Numbered from the stretch's first letter, positions 1-8,589 are shown. The stretch is DNA of 32,000 nucleotides from Nitrosomonas sp. (GCA_024281825.1 JAMWZY010000003.1:43026-75025); one strand, 5' to 3'. Notes: generated by a model not told the origin, from the sequence alone. Made by a program: numbers and translations.

Positions 1-355
1 AAAATGCAATAACAACTAGCTTATCAACCGTACGAGTTCCAACATTTCCACTCGCTAAGGAAAGCCATGTCTCCCAGCCATTGATATCTGAAATTCGAGG
101 TTCAATTTCCTGAAGTATATAAGTGCCTGCACGCATCACTGCATGATTCTCAGCTAAGAATAGTAAAACCAAAACAACAACCATAAGTGGAAGAGCCAAA
201 GTGATCTCGCCAATTGCGTAGGTATGTGCAAAATATTGCGCAATCGGTACAGCAGTGCCACCACCGATAGCGAGTTTAAACATATTTGCTTTTGAATATT
301 CGATTTCCTTTCGGAGAGTTAAATACTGTAGTTCGATAAATTTTCCGGTTTCCAT
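1..355 (-). CDS. hypothetical membrane protein, N-terminal part only (gene runs off the left edge)
   Basis: Absent from the ORF track because it is truncated. Manual minus-strand translation from the ATG at 355..353 stays open to position 2: METGKFIELQYLTLRKEIEYSKANMFKLAIGGGTAVPIAQYFAHTYAIGEITLALPLMVVVLVLLFLAENHAVMRAGTYILQEIEPRISDINGWETWLSLASGNVGTRTVDKLVVIAF. It has two hydrophobic segments. I recognise no family. Confidence 0.4.
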   Translation of the reverse strand, partial: METGKFIELQYLTLRKEIEYSKANMFKLAIGGGTAVPIAQYFAHTYAIGEITLALPLMVVVLVLLFLAENHAVMRAGTYILQEIEPRISDINGWETWLSLASGNVGTRTVDKLVVIAF

Positions 356-1017
356 GACCATCCCAAATCAATAAAGAGCTTTAATATCTCAGAGATAGCG
401 TCTTATGTGGATATGTAATGAATCTCTTACCGCTTGCCCCAACATGGACTACTTATTTGAAATGATAAACCTTCAGAAAGGTTACAAGCATTCTGAATCA
501 ACGAGATAAATGTGTATTTTCTATTTGAATTCCTCAACTGTAAATAGCGAAGTAATAGTGTACCCGTCTGAAGCCTGTAAGCTAATACAATGAGGATGTA
601 ATAAGGGACTTTATATGTGAAGAAGATTCGTCGACCAGTGTCATACTATTTGTCGTCATACCTTGCGCTACCTAGCGCATAAACAGTGTTGCATTGACCG
701 ATAATGAAGTAAACAAAATAATTGTAACGAAAAAACGCGGCCACATAATCCCGACTATATAGAAAACAATACATAAAATGATTAAAATCAATAAACTATA
801 ACATTAAAGCCTGCCAGATTGCCAATCACTTCCTTAAATAAAGAAATATTAATCTTGTAAAGCAATCCAATAAATTAGGAACAACAAATTATTACCTCCC
901 AAATTTGTATGGTCATTAATATTATTGTATTCTCGCTCATTCTCCGGAAAATTTGGCTTTTCTGGATAAGCACTCAATCACCACCTTAGATTCACAAATG
1001 CAATAAGGAAAATCTCA

Positions 1018-1566
1018 ATGCAATGGTTAGCTGTCTTATTACTCATTTCAATCCCTTTATGCCTTTGGTTTTTTTATCGACAACAAAAATCGCTATCCTT
1101 GCATCAAGCAGCACCGAATTTCAATTTAACCGACCAATTTGGGAAGATGCACACGCTCGAAGATTTCCGAGGAAAATGGCTAGCGTTGTATTTTTACCCC
1201 AAGGACGATACACCGGGATGTACTAAACAAGCATGCGGTTTTCGTGATGAACTACAAGAACTGATTGACTTAGGTGCGCAAGTGATCGGCATCAGCGTCG
1301 ACGATTCCAATAGCCACGCACATTTTGCCCGAAAATTTCAATTGCAATTCCCACTTCTGGCCGATACAACTGGCGTGGTCGCCAAGCATTATCACTCACT
1401 GATTCACTTGGGAATCATAAAATTTGCCCGTCGCAATACCTTCCTCATTGACCCACAAGGCATGATTGCACGAATCTATCGCTCTGCAAGCGCAGCGCGT
1501 AATGCCCATGAGGTGAAAAATGATCTACTGAATTTGCAAGCTTTGATAAAAAGCAATCTCCATTGA
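1018..1566 (+). CDS. bcp: Bcp-type peroxiredoxin (AhpC/TSA family thiol peroxidase) with an N-terminal hydrophobic anchor or signal
   Basis: 182-aa ORF. The motif FYPKDDTPGCTKQAC carries the peroxidatic Cys in TPGCT and a resolving Cys five residues later, as in atypical 2-Cys Bcp. The N-terminus MQWLAVLLLISIPLCLWFFY is a transmembrane or signal segment. Confidence 0.85.
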   Translation: MQWLAVLLLISIPLCLWFFYRQQKSLSLHQAAPNFNLTDQFGKMHTLEDFRGKWLALYFYPKDDTPGCTKQACGFRDELQELIDLGAQVIGISVDDSNSHAHFARKFQLQFPLLADTTGVVAKHYHSLIHLGIIKFARRNTFLIDPQGMIARIYRSASAARNAHEVKNDLLNLQALIKSNLH

Positions 1567-1662
1567 TTGTGATTATTTCATGATCTTAGAGGCATCACAT
1601 CCAATAGATAAAATTTCCAGAAATCGAACCAATGATAGCTTCCTAGTACAGTACAATAACCA

Positions 1663-2184
1663 TCAAGGTTGCTTCAGATTAACCACAATATCTGCGCCCA
1701 ACTCCCCTGTGATAAATGCTGAATCGCTGAATTTCGGAAAACCGATAGGTTTCTCGGGATTATTCGATAAACCAAATGGTTCACCTGGCAGCATATTCCA
1801 GCGTAATTTTAACTTCCGGTCGGCATCCCTATCATGATAAACCGCCACCGCATAAGTCCCTGGTTGATCAAGATTCATACAGATCTTATGTTGTTCATCT
1901 GTGGCCGGAATACGTACAGTACGCTTACGGCCTTTTTTTTCTAAAAAATTATCCGGATCATTGTATAAACCAACATTCAAGATCCCACCGGAACCTACTC
2001 CATTGACCGTGACCCGGATTTGAGCAGAATCCGCGTTGCATTGATCTGGTACTTCATGCGGCTTGATTTTTAACTTCTGGCCAAAGCTGATTGACGAAAG
2101 CAATAAGCCGACTAAGACAATCGATAGGATTAGTATGAACGTTTTAAATCGGTTAAAAGAATTTTGCCTCATTGCAGTCATCAT
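1663..2184 (-). CDS. DUF2141-like exported protein
   Basis: 173-aa ORF with an N-terminal signal or anchor (FKTFILILSIVLVGLLLSSISFG). The body (GGILNVGLYNDPDNF ... GTYAVAVYHDRDADRKL ... GEPFGLSNNPEKPIGFPKFSDSAF) matches the pattern I recall for DUF2141. Confidence 0.7.
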   Translation of the reverse strand: MMTAMRQNSFNRFKTFILILSIVLVGLLLSSISFGQKLKIKPHEVPDQCNADSAQIRVTVNGVGSGGILNVGLYNDPDNFLEKKGRKRTVRIPATDEQHKICMNLDQPGTYAVAVYHDRDADRKLKLRWNMLPGEPFGLSNNPEKPIGFPKFSDSAFITGELGADIVVNLKQP

Positions 2185-2279
2185 CCCGTGAATTCATAAA
2201 ACATCTTAAAAGTATTTCACAAAAAAGCGAGTTATTCAAATCTGAAAGAAGCTTGAAGATGACCGACTACGCATCAACC

Positions 2280-3419
2280 TTACGGCTTAAAGCGGACTTG
2301 TATCTCACGAATATAAGTCAGAGTTATAGCAGCTTGTTTTAACTTGTCCGCCTGTTTTTTTGCATCCAAGATATTCGGTAAAATTTCGATCGGTAAATCC
2401 AATTCCACATCGATCCCACCCGAAAGATAATGCAGCGTCACGTTCTCAATTGCTGCAGATGGAAGGTCAGCCCACTGTTGCTTGAGTGCATGGATAACGT
2501 GTTCCCGTAAAGGTAATTGCCCGCAATGGTCAATTGTTTCATCATTTTCCGGGTCGATGTGGATAGTAACATCCGTAATGCCATCCGCTTGATTCAACAA
2601 ACTTTGCCGTACCACATCACCGATCCGGTGCCCTTCTGAAACGCTTAGGCGTGGATCGACTTGAATATGCACGTCAACCAAAATATTGCCCGCACTTTTC
2701 CGGGTTCGCAGCATATGAATCGATCGCACGCCATCCACGGCAACAATCTGTTGCCGGAGAAGTGCAACTTTCTCAGGCTCCAAGGCAGAATCGATTAACT
2801 CCTGGGTACTCGAGCGCAGCAAATCAATGCCAATTTTAGCGATCATGGCAGCCACAATTACCGCAGCAATTGCATCGAGATAAACATGTCCAAGCGCCAC
2901 ACCTATGATACCAACCAATACCACCATGGATGAAAAAGCATCTGAGCGGCTATGCCAAGCATTGGCCATCAACATGTCCGAGCGCAAGCGCCGCGCCGCC
3001 GACACGGTGTAACGATAAATCCATTCTTTAGTCAGCACCGATATTAACGCAATCGAAAATGCCAACACACTGAACTCCATTACAGCTTCGTTATCGTTTA
3101 ATCTTTGTATCGAGTGATAGCCAATGCCAAATGCAATAGCCACGAGCACCAAGCCAAGACTAGCAGTAGTAAGCGTTTCGATGCGACCGTGGCCATAAGG
3201 ATGCTCACTATCCGCTTCTTTATGCGAATGCTTGGCCGCATACAACACCATAAAATCCGTTAATAAATCAGATAACGAATGCACACCATCAGCCACCAAA
3301 GCTTGCGAATTAGTCATCCATCCGATCACAATTTTGGCCGTCCCCAGTGAAAAATCCAGCGCAGATCCAATCAACGTTACTTTCCGGACTTCTTGATAGC
3401 GTTGCTGCTGCGTACTCAT
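2280..3419 (-). CDS. cation diffusion facilitator (CDF) family metal efflux transporter with an extended C-terminus
   Basis: 379-aa ORF. It has six predicted TM helices with CDF signatures (ALVADGVHSLSDLLTD; AWHSRSDAFSS) and a cytoplasmic dimerisation-type domain (VDVHIQVDPRLSVSEGHRIGD). About 80 extra C-terminal residues follow. The start ATG overlaps the stop of the upstream Lon-like gene (ATGA at 3419..3416). Confidence 0.85.
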   Translation of the reverse strand: MSTQQQRYQEVRKVTLIGSALDFSLGTAKIVIGWMTNSQALVADGVHSLSDLLTDFMVLYAAKHSHKEADSEHPYGHGRIETLTTASLGLVLVAIAFGIGYHSIQRLNDNEAVMEFSVLAFSIALISVLTKEWIYRYTVSAARRLRSDMLMANAWHSRSDAFSSMVVLVGIIGVALGHVYLDAIAAVIVAAMIAKIGIDLLRSSTQELIDSALEPEKVALLRQQIVAVDGVRSIHMLRTRKSAGNILVDVHIQVDPRLSVSEGHRIGDVVRQSLLNQADGITDVTIHIDPENDETIDHCGQLPLREHVIHALKQQWADLPSAAIENVTLHYLSGGIDVELDLPIEILPNILDAKKQADKLKQAAITLTYIREIQVRFKP

Positions 3420-5569
3420 TTTTCGGTGCGTAACGGAAAACGCCGGTGTTCAACTTTATGACCATGTTGCGTCATCTGACACGCGCGGCGGAAAGCAACC
3501 AACGATTTTTGCACATGCCCGAGCATACTATCCAATGGGTATCCCGCAACACGGCCTGATTCGCTCATCCCCGAAGGCAATTCAGAGAGTAGCTCCAATC
3601 CCTGCATCACATGTTCCATTGTATGGATTGTAAAAACACCGGCTTTTACTGCAGCCACCACGTCAGAATGCAAAACTAAATGTTGGCGGTTAGCCTGTGG
3701 AATCAACACACCCTGCTCACCGGTTAAACCGGCTTTTACGCACAATCGAAAATATCCTTCGATTTTGTCATTAATTGCACCGATCGGCAGTACTTCACCA
3801 TATTGATTCATCGCACCCGTTACGGCAATACCTTGCTTTAACGGCGTATTCGCCAATGAAGAAAGCAACACATAAAACTCCGCGCAAGTAGCCGAATCTC
3901 CTTCGATACCAGCATACTCCTGCTCGAAAACAACCGATGCACTGAGTGCCAGTGGTGCAATATGGGCAAACAACGCTGACAAATAACTTTGCAGGATTAA
4001 AATCCCTTTGTCATGAATAGGGCCGGACATATCGACTTCGCGCACGATGTTTAACAAACCATCTTCACCAGGAAAAGTACGTGCAGTAATACAGGCCGTG
4101 GTACCAAACCGACATTCGCCCCATTCGATTTGCGTTAGCGCATTAAGTCGACCGACTTGCGCACCCGATAAAGCAACCAAAATCTCGCCATCTAGAATCG
4201 ACTGCTGTATCTGTAATTCTGGGCCGTTATGGCGCAAATCCCGCGCATGCAATGCTGCTTCAATATCGGATACTTCAACCAAGAATCCATGACGTGCACT
4301 GCATTGCCCTGCACTTTCTATCATCAATGCTTTGGTATCCGCAAAAGCAGCACTCAGATATTTTTGATGTTCCACGGTGCGATGAGATTCTTCCAACAGG
4401 CGCGCTACGGCAGCCGCAGAAAAATGCGGCAACTGGGCTTCATGACATATCTTGGCCACCAGAACCGATATTGCTTGATAAGTGGATTGAGTTGCTTGGA
4501 AGCTTCTATGAAAATCCACTTTCACGCGGAAATATTGCATAAATTCCGCTTCATCTTCTTGCAATCCATAATACTCATCCCGCGACCCAATCAAAACGAT
4601 CTTGACATCCGCATCGAATAGTTGCGATTCCGGAAATACCGGCGCATATGGAAAAGATAGCGAAGCATGTCCCTCTAGGGATATTTCTTGACTACGCAAA
4701 AAATGCGACAACTTAATCCACAACGCATCATTTTCAAGCAAGTCACTGACACGCAGCATGATGAATCCACCATTGGCTTTCAGCAAGTTACCTGCGGTGA
4801 CACGCGGCAAACTAGGCTGCGGCTGTCCCTCCACAAGAGGATAATCCACATACCCCAATAGTGATGCAACCGTTGAATTTTGTTCGATGATTACAGGAGC
4901 ACCGGAGCATTCGGCATTATCCACGATCAAATTGATCCGATGGGCCGATAACACACCATTCAATGTTGCCCACCAATCGCTTTTCCCACTTTGTTTGTGT
5001 TGAAGAATAGACAAACACGCTATGATCTCAACTTGCATCTGCTCAAAAAATACACTCAATCGGAATTGTTCGTCTTGCGCTAACTGCAACGCCGATTGAA
5101 TTTCTAAAAAAGCTGTATCCACCAGTGCCTTGATAGCGTTCCATTGAACGGCTGAAGCATCATCGCTGAAATACGCCATAATGCTCGCTGGCAAGGATTT
5201 TGTCATGTGCCGAAATGCACCCTGGAATGTGCGGCCTTGTCCTGCAGGCAAATGCAAGGTTATCGATTTATTCTCAGCACAGCTACTATGCAATACGCAT
5301 AAATCAGGCGGTATTGGTTGATTGGCAGCCATTTCAATCAGTAATTGCTGCAACAAAGAACATCGCCCCGAACCATGTTCACCCAATACAAACAAATGGT
5401 AACCCGGTTGCTTCACAAGCAAGCCGTATCGCGCGGCCGCTTCAGCACGTTCTTGACCGATCCAACCTGTTGGTTGTTGTAACAACTCGGTTGTATCGGA
5501 AAACCCAAGAGATTCCGGTTGGATCGTGACACGTAAATCAGAAAATTGGAGTAATGAAACAGTCATCAT
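3416..5569 (-). CDS. Lon-like (S16) protease with an AAA-like N-terminal region (LonC / COG1067-type)
   Basis: 717-aa ORF. The N-terminus (WIGQERAEAAARYGLLVKQPGYHLFVLGEHGSGRCS) resembles the predicted ATP-dependent protease family. The C-terminus has the Lon proteolytic domain with candidate Ser (IEGDSATCAEF) and Lys (AINDKIEGYF) dyad residues. Confidence 0.8.
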   Translation of the reverse strand: MMTVSLLQFSDLRVTIQPESLGFSDTTELLQQPTGWIGQERAEAAARYGLLVKQPGYHLFVLGEHGSGRCSLLQQLLIEMAANQPIPPDLCVLHSSCAENKSITLHLPAGQGRTFQGAFRHMTKSLPASIMAYFSDDASAVQWNAIKALVDTAFLEIQSALQLAQDEQFRLSVFFEQMQVEIIACLSILQHKQSGKSDWWATLNGVLSAHRINLIVDNAECSGAPVIIEQNSTVASLLGYVDYPLVEGQPQPSLPRVTAGNLLKANGGFIMLRVSDLLENDALWIKLSHFLRSQEISLEGHASLSFPYAPVFPESQLFDADVKIVLIGSRDEYYGLQEDEAEFMQYFRVKVDFHRSFQATQSTYQAISVLVAKICHEAQLPHFSAAAVARLLEESHRTVEHQKYLSAAFADTKALMIESAGQCSARHGFLVEVSDIEAALHARDLRHNGPELQIQQSILDGEILVALSGAQVGRLNALTQIEWGECRFGTTACITARTFPGEDGLLNIVREVDMSGPIHDKGILILQSYLSALFAHIAPLALSASVVFEQEYAGIEGDSATCAEFYVLLSSLANTPLKQGIAVTGAMNQYGEVLPIGAINDKIEGYFRLCVKAGLTGEQGVLIPQANRQHLVLHSDVVAAVKAGVFTIHTMEHVMQGLELLSELPSGMSESGRVAGYPLDSMLGHVQKSLVAFRRACQMTQHGHKVEHRRFPLRTEK

Positions 5570-5862
5570 TCAACCATCATGAAAGACAGCAAAGTGCCCT
5601 AAAAGAAAACTTGTTATTGTACCCGCTCAAGGATTTACAGTCTTAAAATGATCTATTTTTTCGAATCTTTCTAAGAATCACAGTTAATTAGTTACTTTCA
5701 ACTTAGCAATCGAAATATTCCGAATTAACAGAAGTCTGGATTTTCATAATTTAATAAACTAATCTATTCTCCTATTAATGGACCGTAAAACATAAATACA
5801 TTGGTTGAGTCAATTTTGTTTTATATCACTAACACTAACCAATAATTACCGATAGGTTTCCC

Positions 5863-7776
5863 ATGAATTCCGAGTTAGATACGACATTACTTTCATTCGA
5901 TGAGTGTGAGGCGCTGAAAGCACGAATGCAATTGTTGGGAAAAATTGCTGCCATAGGCGAATGGATTCATAGATTCACGGATGATGAAATAACTTGGTCA
6001 GATTATCTCCATGATTTTTATGAATTGAATCATCAATTATCACCATCAAATCTACTTTGCGATACACAGCTTTATCAAGGTGATGAAGCAATCAAAATGC
6101 AATTGTTATTAGAGCGCGTTACCATCAACAAAGTCACGCTTTCCGATGAATTCAAAATCAACATGCCAGATGGGAGAATCAAATGGCACCGCACTACGAT
6201 TCATCCCATTAATAATCAACAGGGTAAATTGCTGGGCCTTTACGGCCTATTGCAGAACACTACTGATAGAAAACAGAAAGAAGCAAACAACGAAAAACGA
6301 TATGCGCTGTTCCGGCATATTTTCGATCGATTGCCATCAGAATTAGTTGTCCTCAACAACGCAGGTCAATATTTGTACGCTAATCAGTCCGCAATCCAAA
6401 GCAAGCTAAACTGCAGCACCCTGGCTGATCATCAACATTCTGAGTTGAATGACCAATTAAACGAGCTAGGCAATTGGGTTATGGAATTGAAACAGGGCGA
6501 CGTAATCGAAGATTGCTTGCAAAATAAGAAAGTGGTTACTTTTGAGGAGAAAGTTAACGATACCAATGGCTTAGACAGAACGATACTTCGCAATCTCTAT
6601 CCTTTGCTGGATCAAAAAGGCGAGGTGGAGTTCTTGATTGGCCACGGTGTCGATATCAGCGCAAGAAAACAAAGTGAGCTCGAATTACAACGCATGGCGA
6701 TTGTCGCGGAAAAAACTAACGGCATTGTCATGGTGACCGATCCTGATCGGAAAATTACTTGGGTCAATAACAGTTTTGAGCAGATTCTAGGCTACCGAGC
6801 GGAGGAAATAATCGGTATTGATCCGGCTGATTTCTTGCAAGGACCAGAAACTTCACAACAAACGATTCGCGATATTGCCGAATCACTGAAAGCTTCCGGT
6901 ACGTTTTCAGGAGAAATTCTGAACTACACCAAAAGTGGTAAGCAAATCTGGCTTTATCTCAATATTGCAGCTGTTTACGATGATCAAGGCAAGTTGCTTA
7001 ATTATGTTGCCGTTGAAAATGACATTACCGTAATCAAACTGGCAGAACAACATCATCAAAAAGTCATGGAACGAGAACGTGAATTAAACCAGTTCAAGAC
7101 ACAATTTATCAACCTTGCTTCACATCAATTTCGTGCACCACTCGCCACCATTCGTTCCAGCATTGATTTACTAGATTTGAAACTAAAATCGATACATCTG
7201 GATAATGCGTTTCAAGCATTCTTTGCGAAACACAAAGCGATCATCGATGAAGAAACTACGCGTATGACTGAATTGATGGAAAATATTTTAGATATTGGCA
7301 GAATCGATGAAGGCAAGATTGAATTATTCAAAAAGAACCTTCCCTTCAAGAAATTCATGGATGATTTTGTTCAATCTAATCACGAACCGGGTGGCGAATA
7401 TCGCAAATTAGATTATCACTTTGGTACTTCTGACAAGATTATCAGTATCGACGAGATCCTATTGCGCAACGTTTTACGCAATATTGTCTCGAATGCCTAT
7501 AAATACTCGCAAGGCAAACCCGCTCCAGAACTCAAAGTAAACTTTGAAAAAAATGCCTATTGGATTACCATCAAAGATTATGGCATTGGTGTTCCAGACA
7601 AAGATCAACCCTATTTGTTCGAATCGTTTTTTAGAGCTTCCAACGCAAGAATTTTTCCCGGAAGCGGCCTTGGTTTAATGATTGCCAAGAAACTGATTGC
7701 ACTGCATGGCGGTAATATCCATTTTTCCAGTAAAGTAGGCGCGGGATGTTGTGTAACGATTCATCTACCTGCTTAA
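5863..7776 (+). CDS. cytoplasmic multi-PAS sensor histidine kinase
   Basis: 637-aa ORF with no obvious TM helix. It has about three PAS-like modules; the clearest is IVMVTDPDRKITWVNNSFEQILGYRAEEIIG ... YVAVENDIT. H-box: LASHQFRAPLATI. N-box: RNIVSNAYKYS. G1: IKDYGIGV. G2: GSGLGL. Confidence 0.88.
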   Translation: MNSELDTTLLSFDECEALKARMQLLGKIAAIGEWIHRFTDDEITWSDYLHDFYELNHQLSPSNLLCDTQLYQGDEAIKMQLLLERVTINKVTLSDEFKINMPDGRIKWHRTTIHPINNQQGKLLGLYGLLQNTTDRKQKEANNEKRYALFRHIFDRLPSELVVLNNAGQYLYANQSAIQSKLNCSTLADHQHSELNDQLNELGNWVMELKQGDVIEDCLQNKKVVTFEEKVNDTNGLDRTILRNLYPLLDQKGEVEFLIGHGVDISARKQSELELQRMAIVAEKTNGIVMVTDPDRKITWVNNSFEQILGYRAEEIIGIDPADFLQGPETSQQTIRDIAESLKASGTFSGEILNYTKSGKQIWLYLNIAAVYDDQGKLLNYVAVENDITVIKLAEQHHQKVMERERELNQFKTQFINLASHQFRAPLATIRSSIDLLDLKLKSIHLDNAFQAFFAKHKAIIDEETTRMTELMENILDIGRIDEGKIELFKKNLPFKKFMDDFVQSNHEPGGEYRKLDYHFGTSDKIISIDEILLRNVLRNIVSNAYKYSQGKPAPELKVNFEKNAYWITIKDYGIGVPDKDQPYLFESFFRASNARIFPGSGLGLMIAKKLIALHGGNIHFSSKVGAGCCVTIHLPA

Positions 7777-7785
7777 ATCATTCCT

Positions 7786-8436
7786 ATGCGTGATAATCCC
7801 TTGATACTCTTGATAGAAGACGAAAAAGCATTACGCGAAAATATATGTGAAATCATTACACATTATGGCTTCCAAGTAATCGCCTCGGCTAGCGGTGAAG
7901 AAGGCATTAGAATTGTTGAACAATCCAAACCGGATATCATCATCTGTGACATCATGTTACCTGGAATCGATGGTCATGAGGTCTTGACCACAGTGCGCGA
8001 ACAATTACCCGTATTCACCGGCGCTTTCATTTTTCTCACTGCGAAGTCGACTCGCGCAGATACCCGGGCTGGTATGGATATGGGTGCCGATGACTATCTG
8101 ACAAAACCTTTCACCAAAGAAGAACTCATAAATAGCATCAAAGCCCGCATTGAGAAATCAGCAAAAATCCAGGCTCATAACTCGCCATCACTCGAGGATA
8201 CGCTCGCATTTACCGAATTGGAAAAAATTGCCTTGCTTACTCAAGCAGAACGCAAAGTCATGCGAAAAATTTCCGAAGGATTCACCACACCACAAATTGC
8301 TCAAAAGCTTTTCTTGAGTCAAAAAACTATTGAAAACCATCGCACTAATATTTCCCGGAAATTAAATTTAAGTGGCCCGAACAGTTTAATCAACTTCGCA
8401 TTACGCTTGAAACCTTCATTGATAGATAATCGCTAA
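7786..8436 (+). CDS. response regulator, REC domain plus LuxR/FixJ/NarL-type HTH
   Basis: 216-aa ORF starting 9 nt after the kinase stop. Receiver residues are E11/D12, D55 (IIICDIMLPGIDG), T in FLTAKS and K in YLTKPF. The C-terminal LuxR-type HTH reads LTQAERKVMRKISEGFTTPQIAQKLFLSQKTIENHRTNISRKL. Confidence 0.9.
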   Translation: MRDNPLILLIEDEKALRENICEIITHYGFQVIASASGEEGIRIVEQSKPDIIICDIMLPGIDGHEVLTTVREQLPVFTGAFIFLTAKSTRADTRAGMDMGADDYLTKPFTKEELINSIKARIEKSAKIQAHNSPSLEDTLAFTELEKIALLTQAERKVMRKISEGFTTPQIAQKLFLSQKTIENHRTNISRKLNLSGPNSLINFALRLKPSLIDNR

Positions 8437-8519
8437 TATTCATTGCTAGCTTCCTACCACTTTGACGTAACAGCCAAGTTCCGCCAAACATAGCACTGAT
8501 TCCTAAACATCGCATATAA

Positions 8520-8539
8520 AATGAATGGATCCATTCATT
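8520..8539. promoter_or_regulatory. perfect 20-bp palindrome AATGAATGGATCCATTCATT, candidate operator or activator site
   Basis: Read directly from the sequence; it is its own reverse complement with no mismatch. It lies in the regulator-amoC intergenic region and abuts a sigma-70-like -35 hexamer. Confidence 0.4.
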
Positions 8540-8565
8540 GCAAAAAACATCGAATGCGCTATGCT
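8538..8565 (+). promoter_or_regulatory. candidate sigma-70-type promoter (TTGCAA-N16-TATGCT) upstream of amoC
   Basis: -35 TTGCAA at 8538..8543, a 16-nt spacer, and -10 TATGCT at 8560..8565. Match by eye only. Confidence 0.3.
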
Positions 8566-8589
8566 GTTTTTCGTATAAAAGTATTACCA

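Noticed and set aside
4047-4621. Three overlapping plus-strand ORFs (81-130 aa) inside the Lon-like protease gene, plus similar antisense ORFs at 1580..2006, 2651..2839, 5200..5529, 12886..13132, 13353..13580, 15530..15808, 16043..16439, 17818..18172, 19176..19451, 22059..22256, 25278..26334, 28508..29234, 29381..29780, 30705..31080 and 31275..31949
   Set aside because: Each is nested antisense to, or out of frame within, a longer ORF with clear family motifs. None has a recognisable domain or RBS.
3416-5569. The Lon-like protease as BrxL of a BREX phage-defence system
   Set aside because: No pglX methyltransferase, pglZ or brxA/B/C genes are nearby. The neighbours are a CDF transporter and a two-component system. 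The N-terminal GQERA..GYHLFVLG..GSGR pattern fits the stand-alone COG1067/LonC-like group.
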